A stretch of 64,000 bases of DNA from a virus. Lineage: Duplodnaviria > Caudoviricetes. The notes under the pieces are model-generated. The model did not search any database and had not been told where the DNA came from. It saw only the letters and a program-made list of their open reading frames with translations. The translations under genes were made by a program, and so were the position numbers. Location: the IMG/VR virus record IMGVR_UViG_3300042268_000564; one strand, given 5' to 3'. The first letter of the stretch is position 1, and every line of letters starts with the position of its first letter. Shown piece after piece: positions 29,501 to 40,611 of this stretch.

Positions 29501-30039
29501 AGCATCTCCAATCCCTTTTGTTGGTGTTTATAATTGCTGAAAATCCTGCAATTTATTGCTTCTATCTCTGCGAATTTTTGGCGACTGATTGTTAGCATTA
29601 ATTTTTTAAAGGGTGTTATATTCTCTTTAATTTGGGGGAATATTAATTTTGTTGAATCGTCTGCGAGCATTCCAAAGTCTATTGTTTTATAGAGCATAGC
29701 GGCGAATGTGAAGTCCTGTATTCCTAATCTGTCGCTTGCAGTTGTTTTCAATAGCAGTGTTTTCATTGTTATTTCCATTGGCTGTTTGAATATTGGAACT
29801 ACACCAATTGGGATTTCAAGAACCTTCTTTAAAGACATGAACAATGTTTTTTTGCTGGCTTTGGGCAACTCTTTGAAAAAAAATAATGAATCATTAAGAT
29901 TGTCAGGACGTGCCAACCATTCTATCAGGTCTAATTGGTAATCAAGGCTTAAATCTTCTACGTCCAGTATTGCTATCATATTGGAATGATAGGGCAATGC
30001 TTTGTAATAGAAATTTTCAAGCTTTGTTAGCCATGTCAT
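29497..30039 (-). CDS. hypothetical protein, ends LEML*
   Basis: ATGA overlap. Confidence 0.7.
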   Translation of the reverse strand: MTWLTKLENFYYKALPYHSNMIAILDVEDLSLDYQLDLIEWLARPDNLNDSLFFFKELPKASKKTLFMSLKKVLEIPIGVVPIFKQPMEITMKTLLLKTTASDRLGIQDFTFAAMLYKTIDFGMLADDSTKLIFPQIKENITPFKKLMLTISRQKFAEIEAINCRIFSNYKHQQKGLEML

Positions 30040-30470
30040 AGAGTTTTTATTGCTTCCCTTGCAAGCTCATCACACCTTTCATTTTGCGGGTGCCCACTAT
30101 GCCCTTTAACCCATCGCCATTGGACTTGATGAGGTTTCATGGCTTTGAGGAGTTCTTGCCAGAGGTCAGGGTTTTTTACGCCGTTCCACATTTTGGCTTG
30201 CCAGTTCACTATCCAGTTCTTAAGAAAAGCATCGGCAACATATTTACTGTCAGTGGTAACAATTACATCACATGGCAATTTTAAAAGCTGCAAAGCCTTA
30301 ATTACTGCTGTAAGCTCCATTCTGTTGTTCGTGGTATGCTCTTCTGCCCCAGATAATTCTTTTGTTCTTATTACCTTGCCATTCTTGAGTTGATGCAAAA
30401 TCGCGCCCCAACCACCCTTCCCCGGATTCCCACTACAGGCACCGTCGGTATAAATACTAACTGTTTGCAT
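30036..30470 (-). CDS. rnhA: ribonuclease HI
   Basis: [39 protein letters not shown]. Confidence 0.97.
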   Translation of the reverse strand: MQTVSIYTDGACSGNPGKGGWGAILHQLKNGKVIRTKELSGAEEHTTNNRMELTAVIKALQLLKLPCDVIVTTDSKYVADAFLKNWIVNWQAKMWNGVKNPDLWQELLKAMKPHQVQWRWVKGHSGHPQNERCDELAREAIKTL

Positions 30471-30744
30471 TCTTATGTTTCCCTTCCATTACCATTGCTT
30501 CTTTCTGTTGCCTCACAGATTCGGCTATTTTTTGAATTGACCACTTCCACGAAAATTCTCCGTATAAAACAGCCTCTATATAAGCATCAGAATAACCAGC
30601 GGCTAACATTTTCTTTACTTTACCTTCGAGCGTAGGTTCTGACATGTGAATCTCACTTGAAAACATTATTTATTTTCCCCCTTACCCATAATAAGGACAT
30701 TCTTATTATAAACAAGTAGTCCCCTATGTCAAATTGTTTTTTAT

Positions 30745-30799
30745 CACTTGACATTTCTTTATGTTTTGTTATAATTATATTATAAAGAAAAAAAAGGAG
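30745..30799 (+). repeat. promoter-leader-RBS cassette, copy F
   Basis: CACTTGACATTTCTTTATGTTTTGTTATAAT...AAAGGAG. Confidence 0.8.
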
Positions 30800-31481
30800 C
30801 TACCAAATGAGAAAGATGACAGCCGAGCAAGAAAATGACCTGATGGATTCATTTTTTCGTGTTTCAATGGCGATGGAGCCTGAAAATCTTTACTGTGATG
30901 GTGAAGTTTCTCATGCAGAAGCCATGAGAAAACTGAAAAGCCTCCAGAGGACATGGGCTAATCTGGAAAAACAGATTGGCAGACGTGTGACCGAAAATGA
31001 AGTTTATCAATGGTGGGATAAGAGGAGCGTCTGATTGTGGCAAAAATACAAACATGGTCGCTTATGAACCAAAATAATCAGTTCTGGACTGGTGCTGGCT
31101 GGAATGAGTCGCTGTCGTCTGCTAGAAAGTTAAGTATGAATAATGCTCTTGCTACGGCTAAAAATATGGCAAAAGTTATGAATAAGCCGATTGCTGTAAT
31201 AAAAAATTATGGTTTGCCGACAGAAAAACGGATTACAATAAGAGCCTAAAATTAAAAATACGGACACTTTATTGCTAATTTTTAAAATAGGAACTCCTTT
31301 CATAGAGTGTCTATTTGTGTCCGTATAATTTTATTATACGTTAGGCTGCACAAAATACTATTTTTTATTATCCTAGACGATATTTGGCATCGCAGAGGCT
31401 GGCAATAGTTAATTTTAATTTGACAATTTAAAACAAGTAGATATAATGTGTTTAACTTAAAATATATAGGAGTTTTTGCGT

Positions 31482-32613
31482 ATGGCAAAATCATTGGTTT
31501 TACCCGTTGCTGAAAAGCACAGTGGCTTGCTTGTGGATGTTTGTTACGATGTCCAACGACAACTTGTTAAATCGCCTGCGATGATTGGTGCAATCAGGAA
31601 CTTGTTTGTGGTGCAGGACAATGCAGTAACTGAACACGATGAGGCTGTTTTTTACGTCTCGTCATAAGGACAGTGGGATAGAGCTGCCGAAGTATGAGAG
31701 TTTGTCGATACCGGGCAAAAAAAGTAGAAATAAGACTCTCAGAGCTGGCTCAGTTATAAAAGACCAGATTGTCAAAACAATCAAATATCTTTTTAACATG
31801 TGTCACCAAGTTACTCGACACAGAAATGGGCAGGATGAATGGCACCGCATTATTCAATTCGACATGATTGAACTTAATGTTGTCGATTGCACAGGGAAAT
31901 CCCCTCAAGCTAAAAATCTGCTTGAAATTGTGGGCTATCATTCTTTTCTTGAGCTTATTGAATTTTCATTGGCAGCAATAAGGAAAAAATATCCGCAATC
32001 TATGAGTAAATTGGTCGACGTTTTTGTTCAGGCACTTATTAAGGGCTATGAGCAAAAAACCCATGATGTCATTTGGGATGGGATGGCTACAATCCAAAAA
32101 GCCCGTGAAGATGCAAAAGAAAAAGTGCATACTTTGTTAAAATTTGCTGTAAAAAATTGGCGCAATTACAAAGCCAAGCGTGGCGACATGGCGAACTTTT
32201 ATGCTCTTTGCTACTACAACTACAAACATGGATTAGAAGTCAAAGATGTTAATGAATACTCAATCAAAAAGCCTGAATACGCTGAGAAAGACCCTGAATT
32301 TATGAAAACAGCGGAACCTAAGCCTGTAGAGCAAAAAGAATTTGTGTTCGACACTAAGGCTCAGGTTGAAAAGATTGCCAGCAATGGAAATGGCAAAAAG
32401 AATCCATACTTCTTGCCAGAGAGTATGAAATTCATTGACCCTGCCGTAGTAGCCGATATCTTGCATAAGAGTGGCTGCAAATGGCAAGATTTTGACGGAC
32501 GTATTGTATATTCTGCCACAGCCGAGCAACACGAACAGGTAAAAACATTGCTCAATAACCTGTTTACCGCAATTCTGGAAGGGCATACCAAAGTTGAAGG
32601 TGTAACCTGCTAA
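31482..32613 (+). CDS. hypothetical protein, probably one gene split at T6 31648-31653
   Basis: Promoter 31419-31446 and SD precede 31482; ATG 31639 has no SD; the two frames overlap at the T-run. Confidence 0.5.
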
Positions 32614-32627
32614 TATAGAGTAGATAA

Positions 32628-32660
32628 GAAAAAGGTGTGGTATTTTTACCACACCTTTTT
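32628..32660. terminator. bidirectional terminator between convergent genes
   Basis: AAAAAGGTGTGGTA-loop-TACCACACCTTTTT. Confidence 0.85.
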
Positions 32661-32670
32661 TATTTGTAAA

Positions 32671-33090
32671 TCATAGGAGATTCATTGACGCTTTGTCTGC
32701 GGGAGTTTGTCTGAAAAGATATTTTTGTTGGAGGTACAAGATACAAGTTAAGAGTTTGTAGATTCTTTTGAGGATTTTGTGGTTCAATTTTGTTTCGTTA
32801 TCTTCTGTGTTGCCGTTTCTTTCGATGATGTTTATCATTAGCCTAAGCTCATCTTCAGGGACGGTATGGAGATACGCTACGTGTTTAATGGTTCTGCAAT
32901 GGATTTCTAATCTGTTGAGGTTGTTAGATGGTTTAACCTCATCACAGCAAGCTTGTTTTTCCAATTCATCAGGAAGCCACTGTCCGTTAAAAGTTAAGAT
33001 TCCTACGGGGTGAGCCATTCTCAACTTGCGTTGGATGTAGACCTGCGCTGCCAGTTGTAAATGTGTTGTGTCAAAAGAATGAAAGGGCAT
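32671..33090 (-). CDS. Cys/His-containing phage protein, ends MNLL*
   Basis: HPVG...WLPD...ACC...HCRTIKH. Confidence 0.7.
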   Translation of the reverse strand: MPFHSFDTTHLQLAAQVYIQRKLRMAHPVGILTFNGQWLPDELEKQACCDEVKPSNNLNRLEIHCRTIKHVAYLHTVPEDELRLMINIIERNGNTEDNETKLNHKILKRIYKLLTCILYLQQKYLFRQTPADKASMNLL

Positions 33091-33577
33091 TTATTTTTTT
33101 GCTTTGTAATTGTTCCAGTATTCTACCAAACGTGCGACAGACTTTTGAGCTTGCTCAACAATCTCATCCGTTAACGTTTCATTTGTATAACGATGGACGC
33201 CTGTGTCGCATCCCCCGCTACACCAAACATGATGTAAAGCATCAAGCTCAAGATTTTTTTTATGAAGAGCTTCTTGTTGGATTGTAATCTGATGTTTTTG
33301 TTCCGAGAGTTTATGTTCAAGTGCTTCTAGCCGACTCGAACATTCAGTTCGTGGCGCAGTCTTAAAAGACAGTTGAAGCAGCAGGGTCAATAATTTTTCA
33401 TTATCTTGGATAATAGTTAAGATTTGTTCCACACGATAAGGAACGGCGATACAGTCACCTTTAATGTCGGCTTCTGGATAATTTTTTATTAAATTTGTGA
33501 TATGCTCTCGCAGTTCGTTCTTGGTATTATGTTTCCAACATTCAAGAGCATCCTCGAATATAGTGCCATCTTTTGCT

Positions 33578-34336
33578 TTATACGCTTTTATTTCCTGCAT
33601 TTGCAACCTCTTTAAAATAATAAAAAGCAGCTATCATCATTTGTGGCAAAATTTTATGGTCATTGAATCCATAAAGTCCACATGATACCAACGGGTGAAC
33701 CTCAATTACAAATGTTCCCTGTTTGTTTATCCCTACATCGAGTGTATATGCTGGCGGACAATCGTTGTAAGTGTCGACCATCTGCTGTATCAGGGGAACG
33801 TCGGGGAATAAAGTAAATTCTCCAAGATAGTGTTGCAGCCCGACCAGTTTTTTGTGCCAGACAAAAGCTCGCCATTCACTATCTATCTCAATTTCTTCAG
33901 ATATGAAGTAAAGGTCTGCTGGAATTTTTGTATTACTTGATGTTACATCAGTAAATTTTTTGTAAGCTGACGCAGATTTGATAAATAGTTTTGCTGGAGC
34001 TGGTGATTCCTCTGGAATCGACATAAATCCCACTTTGCGTTTAAGAAAAGTTTCTGTTTTAAGCTCTGTGGGAATGTTAATAGGCTTCGGTGGTGGTAAG
34101 TGTAGAATCTTGTCCATAAATTCAAACACAAATTCTAAAGTGCCTACGGGGGTATAATTTCCCCAATCATCTATAGGATGAAGTTCGGGCATATCTTTTA
34201 TTTGATTTAATTCACATTGCTGGTAAGAAAATTTAGGAATGCCAGCATACCAATTCTGATAATTAATTGATTCTATCAAATCAAAGGCGAAGTCGTGAAC
34301 AATACGATTGCCTACGGTTTGGATTAAAAATGTCAT
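33578..34336 (-). CDS. ATP-grasp protein (DUF4343/R2K-like)
   Basis: FIKS; SEWRAFV; YTLDVG...VIEVH...SCGLYG. Confidence 0.8.
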   Translation of the reverse strand: MTFLIQTVGNRIVHDFAFDLIESINYQNWYAGIPKFSYQQCELNQIKDMPELHPIDDWGNYTPVGTLEFVFEFMDKILHLPPPKPINIPTELKTETFLKRKVGFMSIPEESPAPAKLFIKSASAYKKFTDVTSSNTKIPADLYFISEEIEIDSEWRAFVWHKKLVGLQHYLGEFTLFPDVPLIQQMVDTYNDCPPAYTLDVGINKQGTFVIEVHPLVSCGLYGFNDHKILPQMMIAAFYYFKEVANAGNKSV

Positions 34337-35600
34337 TCTGCAAATACCTTTTCGTATTCAGCCTCCATTTTTTTAGGGCTTGGAAGCGATTTTTTGGGCA
34401 CTACAGGATGTTTCTTTGCATCTTTGATGATTGTATTCATTAATGCAACAAAATCATCGACAGAGGCTGCATTTATTTGAGCGTCCTGATAAAGCCAAAT
34501 TGTAGGTTTACGTTTTCCTATTTGTTTCCAGAACACTTCTTTCAAGGTGAGGTATTCATTGCCATCAGCATCAAAATCTTGAACAAGCTGGTAATACCAC
34601 CAGCGTTTTATGTTTTTACTCATGATATGTTATCCAGTGTGTCTTCCGCATCTTTTTGATTGTCTACAGTTTTCATGTTGCCGTCGCATATAACTTCGAT
34701 AGCGAGTCTTACATCATTTTCACCGAAGACGCTTATGAGCTTATCGTAAAGCTTCATACAGGTTTCTTTTGTCATTGGCTTTTTTCCTGTTAATTGAACA
34801 ATGTTGCTCATGCAGCTTTTTCTCCTGACTGCGGTGTTTTATTTTCTGTAATTATACCTGCTGCTTTTGGCAGTTTTTTAAGGAACCTGAACACGAAACG
34901 TCTGGCAGGTACAAAAAAGCATTTAAGTAATTTGTCTGCTGATGTTGGGAAACGATAAGCCTCTTTGAATTCGGTCTTAAACACATTTACGTCATTCTCG
35001 AATTCTTTTTTAGAGGATGGTTTGTGACTCATTACAAGAATATTCTGCCCAATCTGCTTGTTTCTACAGTAAGCAACGGCTACCAAGTAAACGGTTTCAC
35101 CCTGCTGGACTAATTGATAGGCATCTTGTTTTTTCATAACTGGCTCCTTTTACATTTATTATAAATGTGAGCCAAGGCATGTCAAGTTATTTCTTCTAAT
35201 CTAAGAAAACAGACCAAGCAAAATGCAAACTTAGCTTCAAGAGGTTTAATATAAAATGTGCCAGCATCTTGTTGCCCACAACAATCACACTTTAATGAAT
35301 CAGACTTTTTTGCCAATAAGAAACATGCGCGGCATACAGTGTAACCGTCGTAACATAAAATCTGTTTATTCTGGCAGCAAGTCTTCGTCATAATCTACAG
35401 GCATTAACTCATTCTTTTCAAGCCAGAGTTTTAATCTGGCGGGTGTGTCTTTACCTTCCTTTACAAGCCTTACAAGGTAGGGTGGGATTTCATTAGGCAT
35501 TATCATCATTTCTACAATTTCTACAATGTGTCCATCTTTTGTTTGATAATATTTTGGCAAAGCAAGGTCGCTCCATTCTGTAGCTATTCTATGTAATACT

Positions 35601-35966
35601 TTAACGTATTTTGATTGTTGCCTCCGGGTCAGCAGCCATCACGATTTTTGCCAACGCCAAAAGATTAACAAGGGCAAGCCTTGCGTTGCCTTCTGTGCCG
35701 TCCCAGTAATTATCTGTCTCGGTTTCAGGTGATAGCTTATTGATGGCTGTTTCTAAAATGGTAATAATTTGTTCAAGTGATTTTCCCTGTAGGGAATAAA
35801 TACCATTCGGCATTATCTTGTAATAATGAGAGCTGTAATTGTAGGTAATATTCAGCCAAGCTTCATCAGTGCCGCCAAGTGCACAAATGCCGCCACTGAG
35901 TTCGTGTTTTTGCCCTAATATTACGGGGCCGCCACTTTTCTTGTCGAAAGACACATCATAACTCAT
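35601..35966 (-). CDS. conserved phage protein
   Basis: NITYNY...NYWDGTEGNA; promoter 35984-36011. Confidence 0.65.
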   Translation of the reverse strand: MSYDVSFDKKSGGPVILGQKHELSGGICALGGTDEAWLNITYNYSSHYYKIMPNGIYSLQGKSLEQIITILETAINKLSPETETDNYWDGTEGNARLALVNLLALAKIVMAADPEATIKIR

Positions 35967-36234
35967 AATTTCACCTCAAGCTCATTATAAAATTTAAGGC
36001 TTGAATGTCAATTACAAAATTTCTGAAATAAATAACATGTCACAATCCAACTTTAAGAACAAAGGAACATTTCTTAGTATCAACTTTGTTGAACATCTTC
36101 TTAGCCATACTGTAATATTCAGCCTGAAACGCTGCAATTTCAACCATCTGTTCTTTGGGAGTAAGAGTAGAAAGCTCTTTTACCACCTGAAGTTTGTTGT
36201 TATAGCTTGCAGTTACAGTTGCGTTCATGTTTGA

Positions 36235-36299
36235 CTCCTTTGTTTTTTCTTATATTTCTTATACTTTAATTATAACAAAATACAAAAAAGTGTCAAGCG
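36235..36299 (-). repeat. promoter-leader-RBS cassette, copy G
   Basis: Close match to copy E, including the upstream T-rich tract. Confidence 0.85.
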
Positions 36300-36343
36300 A
36301 TTTAAGAAAAAAATATGGTAGATTTCTCTACCATATTCAGGAT

Positions 36344-36595
36344 TTATATTTTTCTTATGTTGATAATCACGCCGTTTTTTTGAGGATAAAACTCAACCAG
36401 AACCTCATCGTCAACTTTTGGGACAAAGTTTAACTGTTGTATCAGCTTTTTGACGAGCGTGGGTTTCCCGTTCAGGTCGAAAGTTACCTCAATTTGCATC
36501 CTTGACTGTAGGTCAGGGTAAATGCCAGTAATTTTGCCCTTATATCTTTTGGGTTGAATCTTGCTTTTGTCTATATTTTTACGCCAATATGTCAT
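36344..36595 (-). CDS. small OB-fold-like protein resembling a baseplate-spike N-terminus
   Basis: FVPKVDDEVLVEF; ATGA-coupled to the FN3 gene. Confidence 0.45.
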   Translation of the reverse strand: MTYWRKNIDKSKIQPKRYKGKITGIYPDLQSRMQIEVTFDLNGKPTLVKKLIQQLNFVPKVDDEVLVEFYPQKNGVIINIRKI

Positions 36596-37395
36596 TGTTC
36601 TTCCTGCGTCCAAGTAATGGTCATGTCGTGAGTTTCTTGGTCGACCACAAGGTCAATGTCGGCAGGAGCTGGCAGAACAGTTTGACCGCCAGCAGATGCG
36701 CTAAAGCTTACGTTTCCCGGAATCTTTAATGGTGTCGAGTCACCTCTTGCATCAGTAGCCTGTATCGCAAACCAATAAGTTGTGTCTGCGAGCAGATTGT
36801 AAAGCGTAAGAGATGTTTCAGTTTCAGCAACAATTACAGGTGAATTGGCAGGTATTAACCCATCGGCATCAAGAGTTAAGCCTGTGCCGTTATAATCGCT
36901 ATGGTAATCCATTTTATATAAAACCTTGTAACCAGTTGCGCCAATTACAGATGCCCATGTAAGCGTAATGCTGTTGTCTATATTGCGGATAATGTCTGCA
37001 TTTGCAGGTTGGTTGATTAAATTTAAAGTTGTAAAATTTTGAGACTCGACCGAAATGGTACCATTGCCAGTAACCGACCAAGAATATGTTGTATCTGAAT
37101 CGAGATATTGGTTCAACGTGGCACTTGTTACATCTGTAACGTTTTGTTGAATGTTGTTTATGCCATCCGTAACAGATAACAGGTAATTATTATCAAATGT
37201 CTTTACATCAAACCTGTTCGGGAATGTGTATGTGTCTGGCTGGTCGTTTATAACAGTTTTAATTCGCCAGTAATAAGTCCCTGATGGCAACGTAACGTTA
37301 ATTGCAGACAGAGAAATTGAATTTCCTGTTACAGCTATAGAGTGCAAAACGGTTGAAAAAATCTGATTGTCTGAAATTTGCAAATAATTTAGCAT
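36592..37395 (-). CDS. FN3/Ig-like protein with partial domains
   Basis: YLQISD..F...GTYYWRIK; LLADTTYWFAIQA. Confidence 0.75.
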   Translation of the reverse strand: MLNYLQISDNQIFSTVLHSIAVTGNSISLSAINVTLPSGTYYWRIKTVINDQPDTYTFPNRFDVKTFDNNYLLSVTDGINNIQQNVTDVTSATLNQYLDSDTTYSWSVTGNGTISVESQNFTTLNLINQPANADIIRNIDNSITLTWASVIGATGYKVLYKMDYHSDYNGTGLTLDADGLIPANSPVIVAETETSLTLYNLLADTTYWFAIQATDARGDSTPLKIPGNVSFSASAGGQTVLPAPADIDLVVDQETHDMTITWTQEEQ

Positions 37396-37410
37396 AAGAA
37401 TCCTTTCCTC

Positions 37411-40400
37411 TTAAGGCACTGTCACAGTAACAGTAACAGGCTCTGAGTTAGCATATGTAATGCCATTTGTTAGTTCATATCTGTTTTTAACGACAATGTT
37501 ATATGTTAATACTGTGCCCGATGCTTGACCTAAAATCGCATCCGTATGACTAAATGTTGTTGCAGATTTGTCAGCCATAATATCAAGTCCTGTTTCAGCG
37601 CAAGTGATATGGTAAGCATAATGCAATTCCAAGCCATTAATAACATACTTAAGATGAAACCAGTTCAAATCAACGTTGTTCCCGTTAAGAGAAGCATTAA
37701 ATGAAGAAACAGGGTTTATTTGCGTATACATTCTTTCTGGCACAGGATAGCTACTGGCAGGGTCGTAATAGTAAGACAGCCCTGTGGATGATGTTTTTGG
37801 CTTGACAAGGATGTCAAATTCTAACCCGTCAGTTATAGATAGATTGGTAAATTGATAAACATCTGGAGTAGTGGCGATGTTTGTAGCTTGCACTACACCG
37901 CCAACTAATGCTTCTACTGTATAATCAGTTGCGCTCGGTGAAGATGTCCAGCTAATATTTAAAGTTTCAACATCGCTGCTAACATGTTGTAGTTGTAAGT
38001 TTTTAGGTGCAGTATAAGCTGTTATTGGGGCACTAGCCACAGACAGATATGGGTTGCCTTGCTTTTGAATTTGTGCAGTGATTGAAAAGGTTTCGCCAGT
38101 AGAGTTTTCTGGCGAAATAAAGCTGGAAATATTCTCTGCATAACTTGTAGCTGGCAAAGAAGAGGTTGTTTCTTCCATAGTAGATAAATTCACGAGGTGT
38201 AATTGTAACAAATCGCCAGATTCATAATTACTGCCATCCCAGCCCACACGAATTGTGTCAGTCTGAATTGAGCCAGTTTGTGAGAGTCCAGTGATGGTTG
38301 CAGGTGCGAGTTGTAATGCTACAGTTGGATGCCCTGATGTCATTGTTGCGCCATCACCATTATAAGATTCGACTTTAGCAAATAAATTAACAGCAGCAAC
38401 AAGCCCCGTTATTTCATATTGAGTGTCGACTGTTTCACCTGCTAATGTCCAAGTAGAGCCGTCGCCATAATAAACTTTGTATAATGTTGCGCCGCTGGAA
38501 GCAGACCATTCGATTGAAGCACTCGTTTCAGATGCATCAAGCTGTAAAAGATTGGTTACAGGCAATACTAATGGCAATAATGTAGTAATGGAGAGCGTAT
38601 TTGATGGAGTAGACCTTGTATTTATATCATTGTTGTTTTCTTTATATACAAGGAATGAAAAATCTTGCGCACATGCCAAAGTTAACGTTTTTTGTGTGCC
38701 TTCATAAACATTATGAATTTCATCAGTCGTCAAATTATGGAGATAGTAATAACCGACCACACCCTCAGACGAGAGCCATGTTAATGTAACCTCGCAATTT
38801 AATTCATCAATAGTCTGTTGTGACAGCAATGTCAAGGCGGTAGGTGCAGCGCATAATGTATTTGCCACTAAAGATGTTTCCGCTGAGACAAGGCTTTTTC
38901 TCTCTGATGTTATATAGCAATTAAAATACTGCCCCGCATCTATTGCAGCTAAGGTTATTATTGCTGAATTTGTGCCAGCAGGATAATTTTGGTCAAATTC
39001 AATCACGCTACTGCCTTGTTTTGTAGCCCAGACTCTATATGACTCTGCGTTAGACGATTCAACCCATCCCACCTCAATTGATGTTTCAGTTTTTGATAAT
39101 ATTGTGAAATCTGTTATAAGTTCAGGTGGGACACTTGCAGTTGTTACATTCAAAATGGGTGTTTTTTCAGAGGGCTGGATAGCATTGGCTGAACTTGGAT
39201 TGCTTGCGAGTGAATACATTTGCCAATCATAATTCGTCTCAGGAGTTAAATTGGGCACAGTAAAGTGGTATTCCGACGAGGAGATTACGAGTATTCCTCC
39301 ATAATCATCAGTATTTAAAGATATGTTCCCATCCGCAGTCTCGAAAACATACCCGTAAGCATCAGCATTTGAATAAGAGCCTGTATATGACATAGGTGTC
39401 CACGCAAAAGTAATTGACTCAGTCGTTGTAGATGAAACTATTAGGTCGTTGATTGGCGGAATGGCGGTAGTAACCCATATGTCTACAGGTTCGGAATATG
39501 TCCCATTTTTTATGGAGGTTATTGTATAGTGATAATTTCCATATGTTAAGCCCGTATGGATGTAATTTGTGTCTGTCGGGAGAGGTGTAAATGTTGCATT
39601 GGACGTCATATTAGTTTCAACAATGTGAAAGCCATCAACATCTGTTTCAGCATCCCATGTTAGCTCTATAGATGATGCAGTGACTTCGCCAAAGCTTACG
39701 TTCTGAACTGGAGCTGGCAACGTCGTTATCTGCAATGGTGCCGAAGGAACGGATTCTATGCCATATTTTATAGCTACAAGATAAAGATTATAATTGGTAT
39801 AAGACGTAAGCCCTGTTATTGTTCGAGAAATAGTTGTTGGAAAAGAAGTTGGCTGGTCAAAAAATTCATTTACGAGTCCTGTATCGTCATATATTCTATA
39901 GCCTTCTACCGCTGCAATTGCATCAAAAGAAACTGTTGCAGTAGTTGATGTCAATCCTTGTACAGATGGCGACACTAGCGCAGTGGTTTGTGTTGCGGTT
40001 TTAAACACTACAGCCTCTTGTTCTACACCGTCTTTTATCCCTGCGAGATACAGTATATATTGTGCCCCCACAAACAACCCTGTTAGCTCTAATGTAGTCG
40101 AACCGGACGGCAACGTCTCGTTAATATTACTTCCACCTGAGATACAATTACCCCATATATGATAGCCATTATTACAGCAGCCGTTATGGTTCCAATTTAA
40201 AGTGAAACTGGTTGTCGTTACATTAGTAGCGTTAATCCCTGTGACTAGCGTTGAGGCCAAAGTTTGCACAGTTACTTCACTAGTTGCTGATTCTACGCCG
40301 AGAGAATCTATTGCCGACACGCCAAGTGTGTGCGATGAACATGGTGTTAATGTGGTAAATGAATATTTCGACAATAGATTGGATACATTCTCTACCAGCA

Positions 40401-40593
40401 CAGAATCTTTGTAAATATTGTAACTGACAGCATATGGGTCAGGTTGCCACATCAAATCGCAACTTTCTGCCTGCAAGTTTAGAATTTTAAGAGTGGGCGG
40501 CGACTCTGTTGAGACGACCCACTTAAAAGTTAAATCTTCAAAATTATCTGTTGAATTATGCGCTGGGCTAACAAGTGTTATTTGTCTTGTCAT
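37411..40593 (-). CDS. large fibronectin-III repeat protein (about 10 domains), likely virion surface
   Basis: Repeated T.TSI.L.W...Y.I...TGL....Y units; acidic and Thr-rich. Confidence 0.85.
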   Translation of the reverse strand: MTRQITLVSPAHNSTDNFEDLTFKWVVSTESPPTLKILNLQAESCDLMWQPDPYAVSYNIYKDSVLVENVSNLLSKYSFTTLTPCSSHTLGVSAIDSLGVESATSEVTVQTLASTLVTGINATNVTTTSFTLNWNHNGCCNNGYHIWGNCISGGSNINETLPSGSTTLELTGLFVGAQYILYLAGIKDGVEQEAVVFKTATQTTALVSPSVQGLTSTTATVSFDAIAAVEGYRIYDDTGLVNEFFDQPTSFPTTISRTITGLTSYTNYNLYLVAIKYGIESVPSAPLQITTLPAPVQNVSFGEVTASSIELTWDAETDVDGFHIVETNMTSNATFTPLPTDTNYIHTGLTYGNYHYTITSIKNGTYSEPVDIWVTTAIPPINDLIVSSTTTESITFAWTPMSYTGSYSNADAYGYVFETADGNISLNTDDYGGILVISSSEYHFTVPNLTPETNYDWQMYSLASNPSSANAIQPSEKTPILNVTTASVPPELITDFTILSKTETSIEVGWVESSNAESYRVWATKQGSSVIEFDQNYPAGTNSAIITLAAIDAGQYFNCYITSERKSLVSAETSLVANTLCAAPTALTLLSQQTIDELNCEVTLTWLSSEGVVGYYYLHNLTTDEIHNVYEGTQKTLTLACAQDFSFLVYKENNNDINTRSTPSNTLSITTLLPLVLPVTNLLQLDASETSASIEWSASSGATLYKVYYGDGSTWTLAGETVDTQYEITGLVAAVNLFAKVESYNGDGATMTSGHPTVALQLAPATITGLSQTGSIQTDTIRVGWDGSNYESGDLLQLHLVNLSTMEETTSSLPATSYAENISSFISPENSTGETFSITAQIQKQGNPYLSVASAPITAYTAPKNLQLQHVSSDVETLNISWTSSPSATDYTVEALVGGVVQATNIATTPDVYQFTNLSITDGLEFDILVKPKTSSTGLSYYYDPASSYPVPERMYTQINPVSSFNASLNGNNVDLNWFHLKYVINGLELHYAYHITCAETGLDIMADKSATTFSHTDAILGQASGTVLTYNIVVKNRYELTNGITYANSEPVTVTVTVP

Positions 40594-40611
40594 GTTTTAT
40601 ACTCCTCTGCT

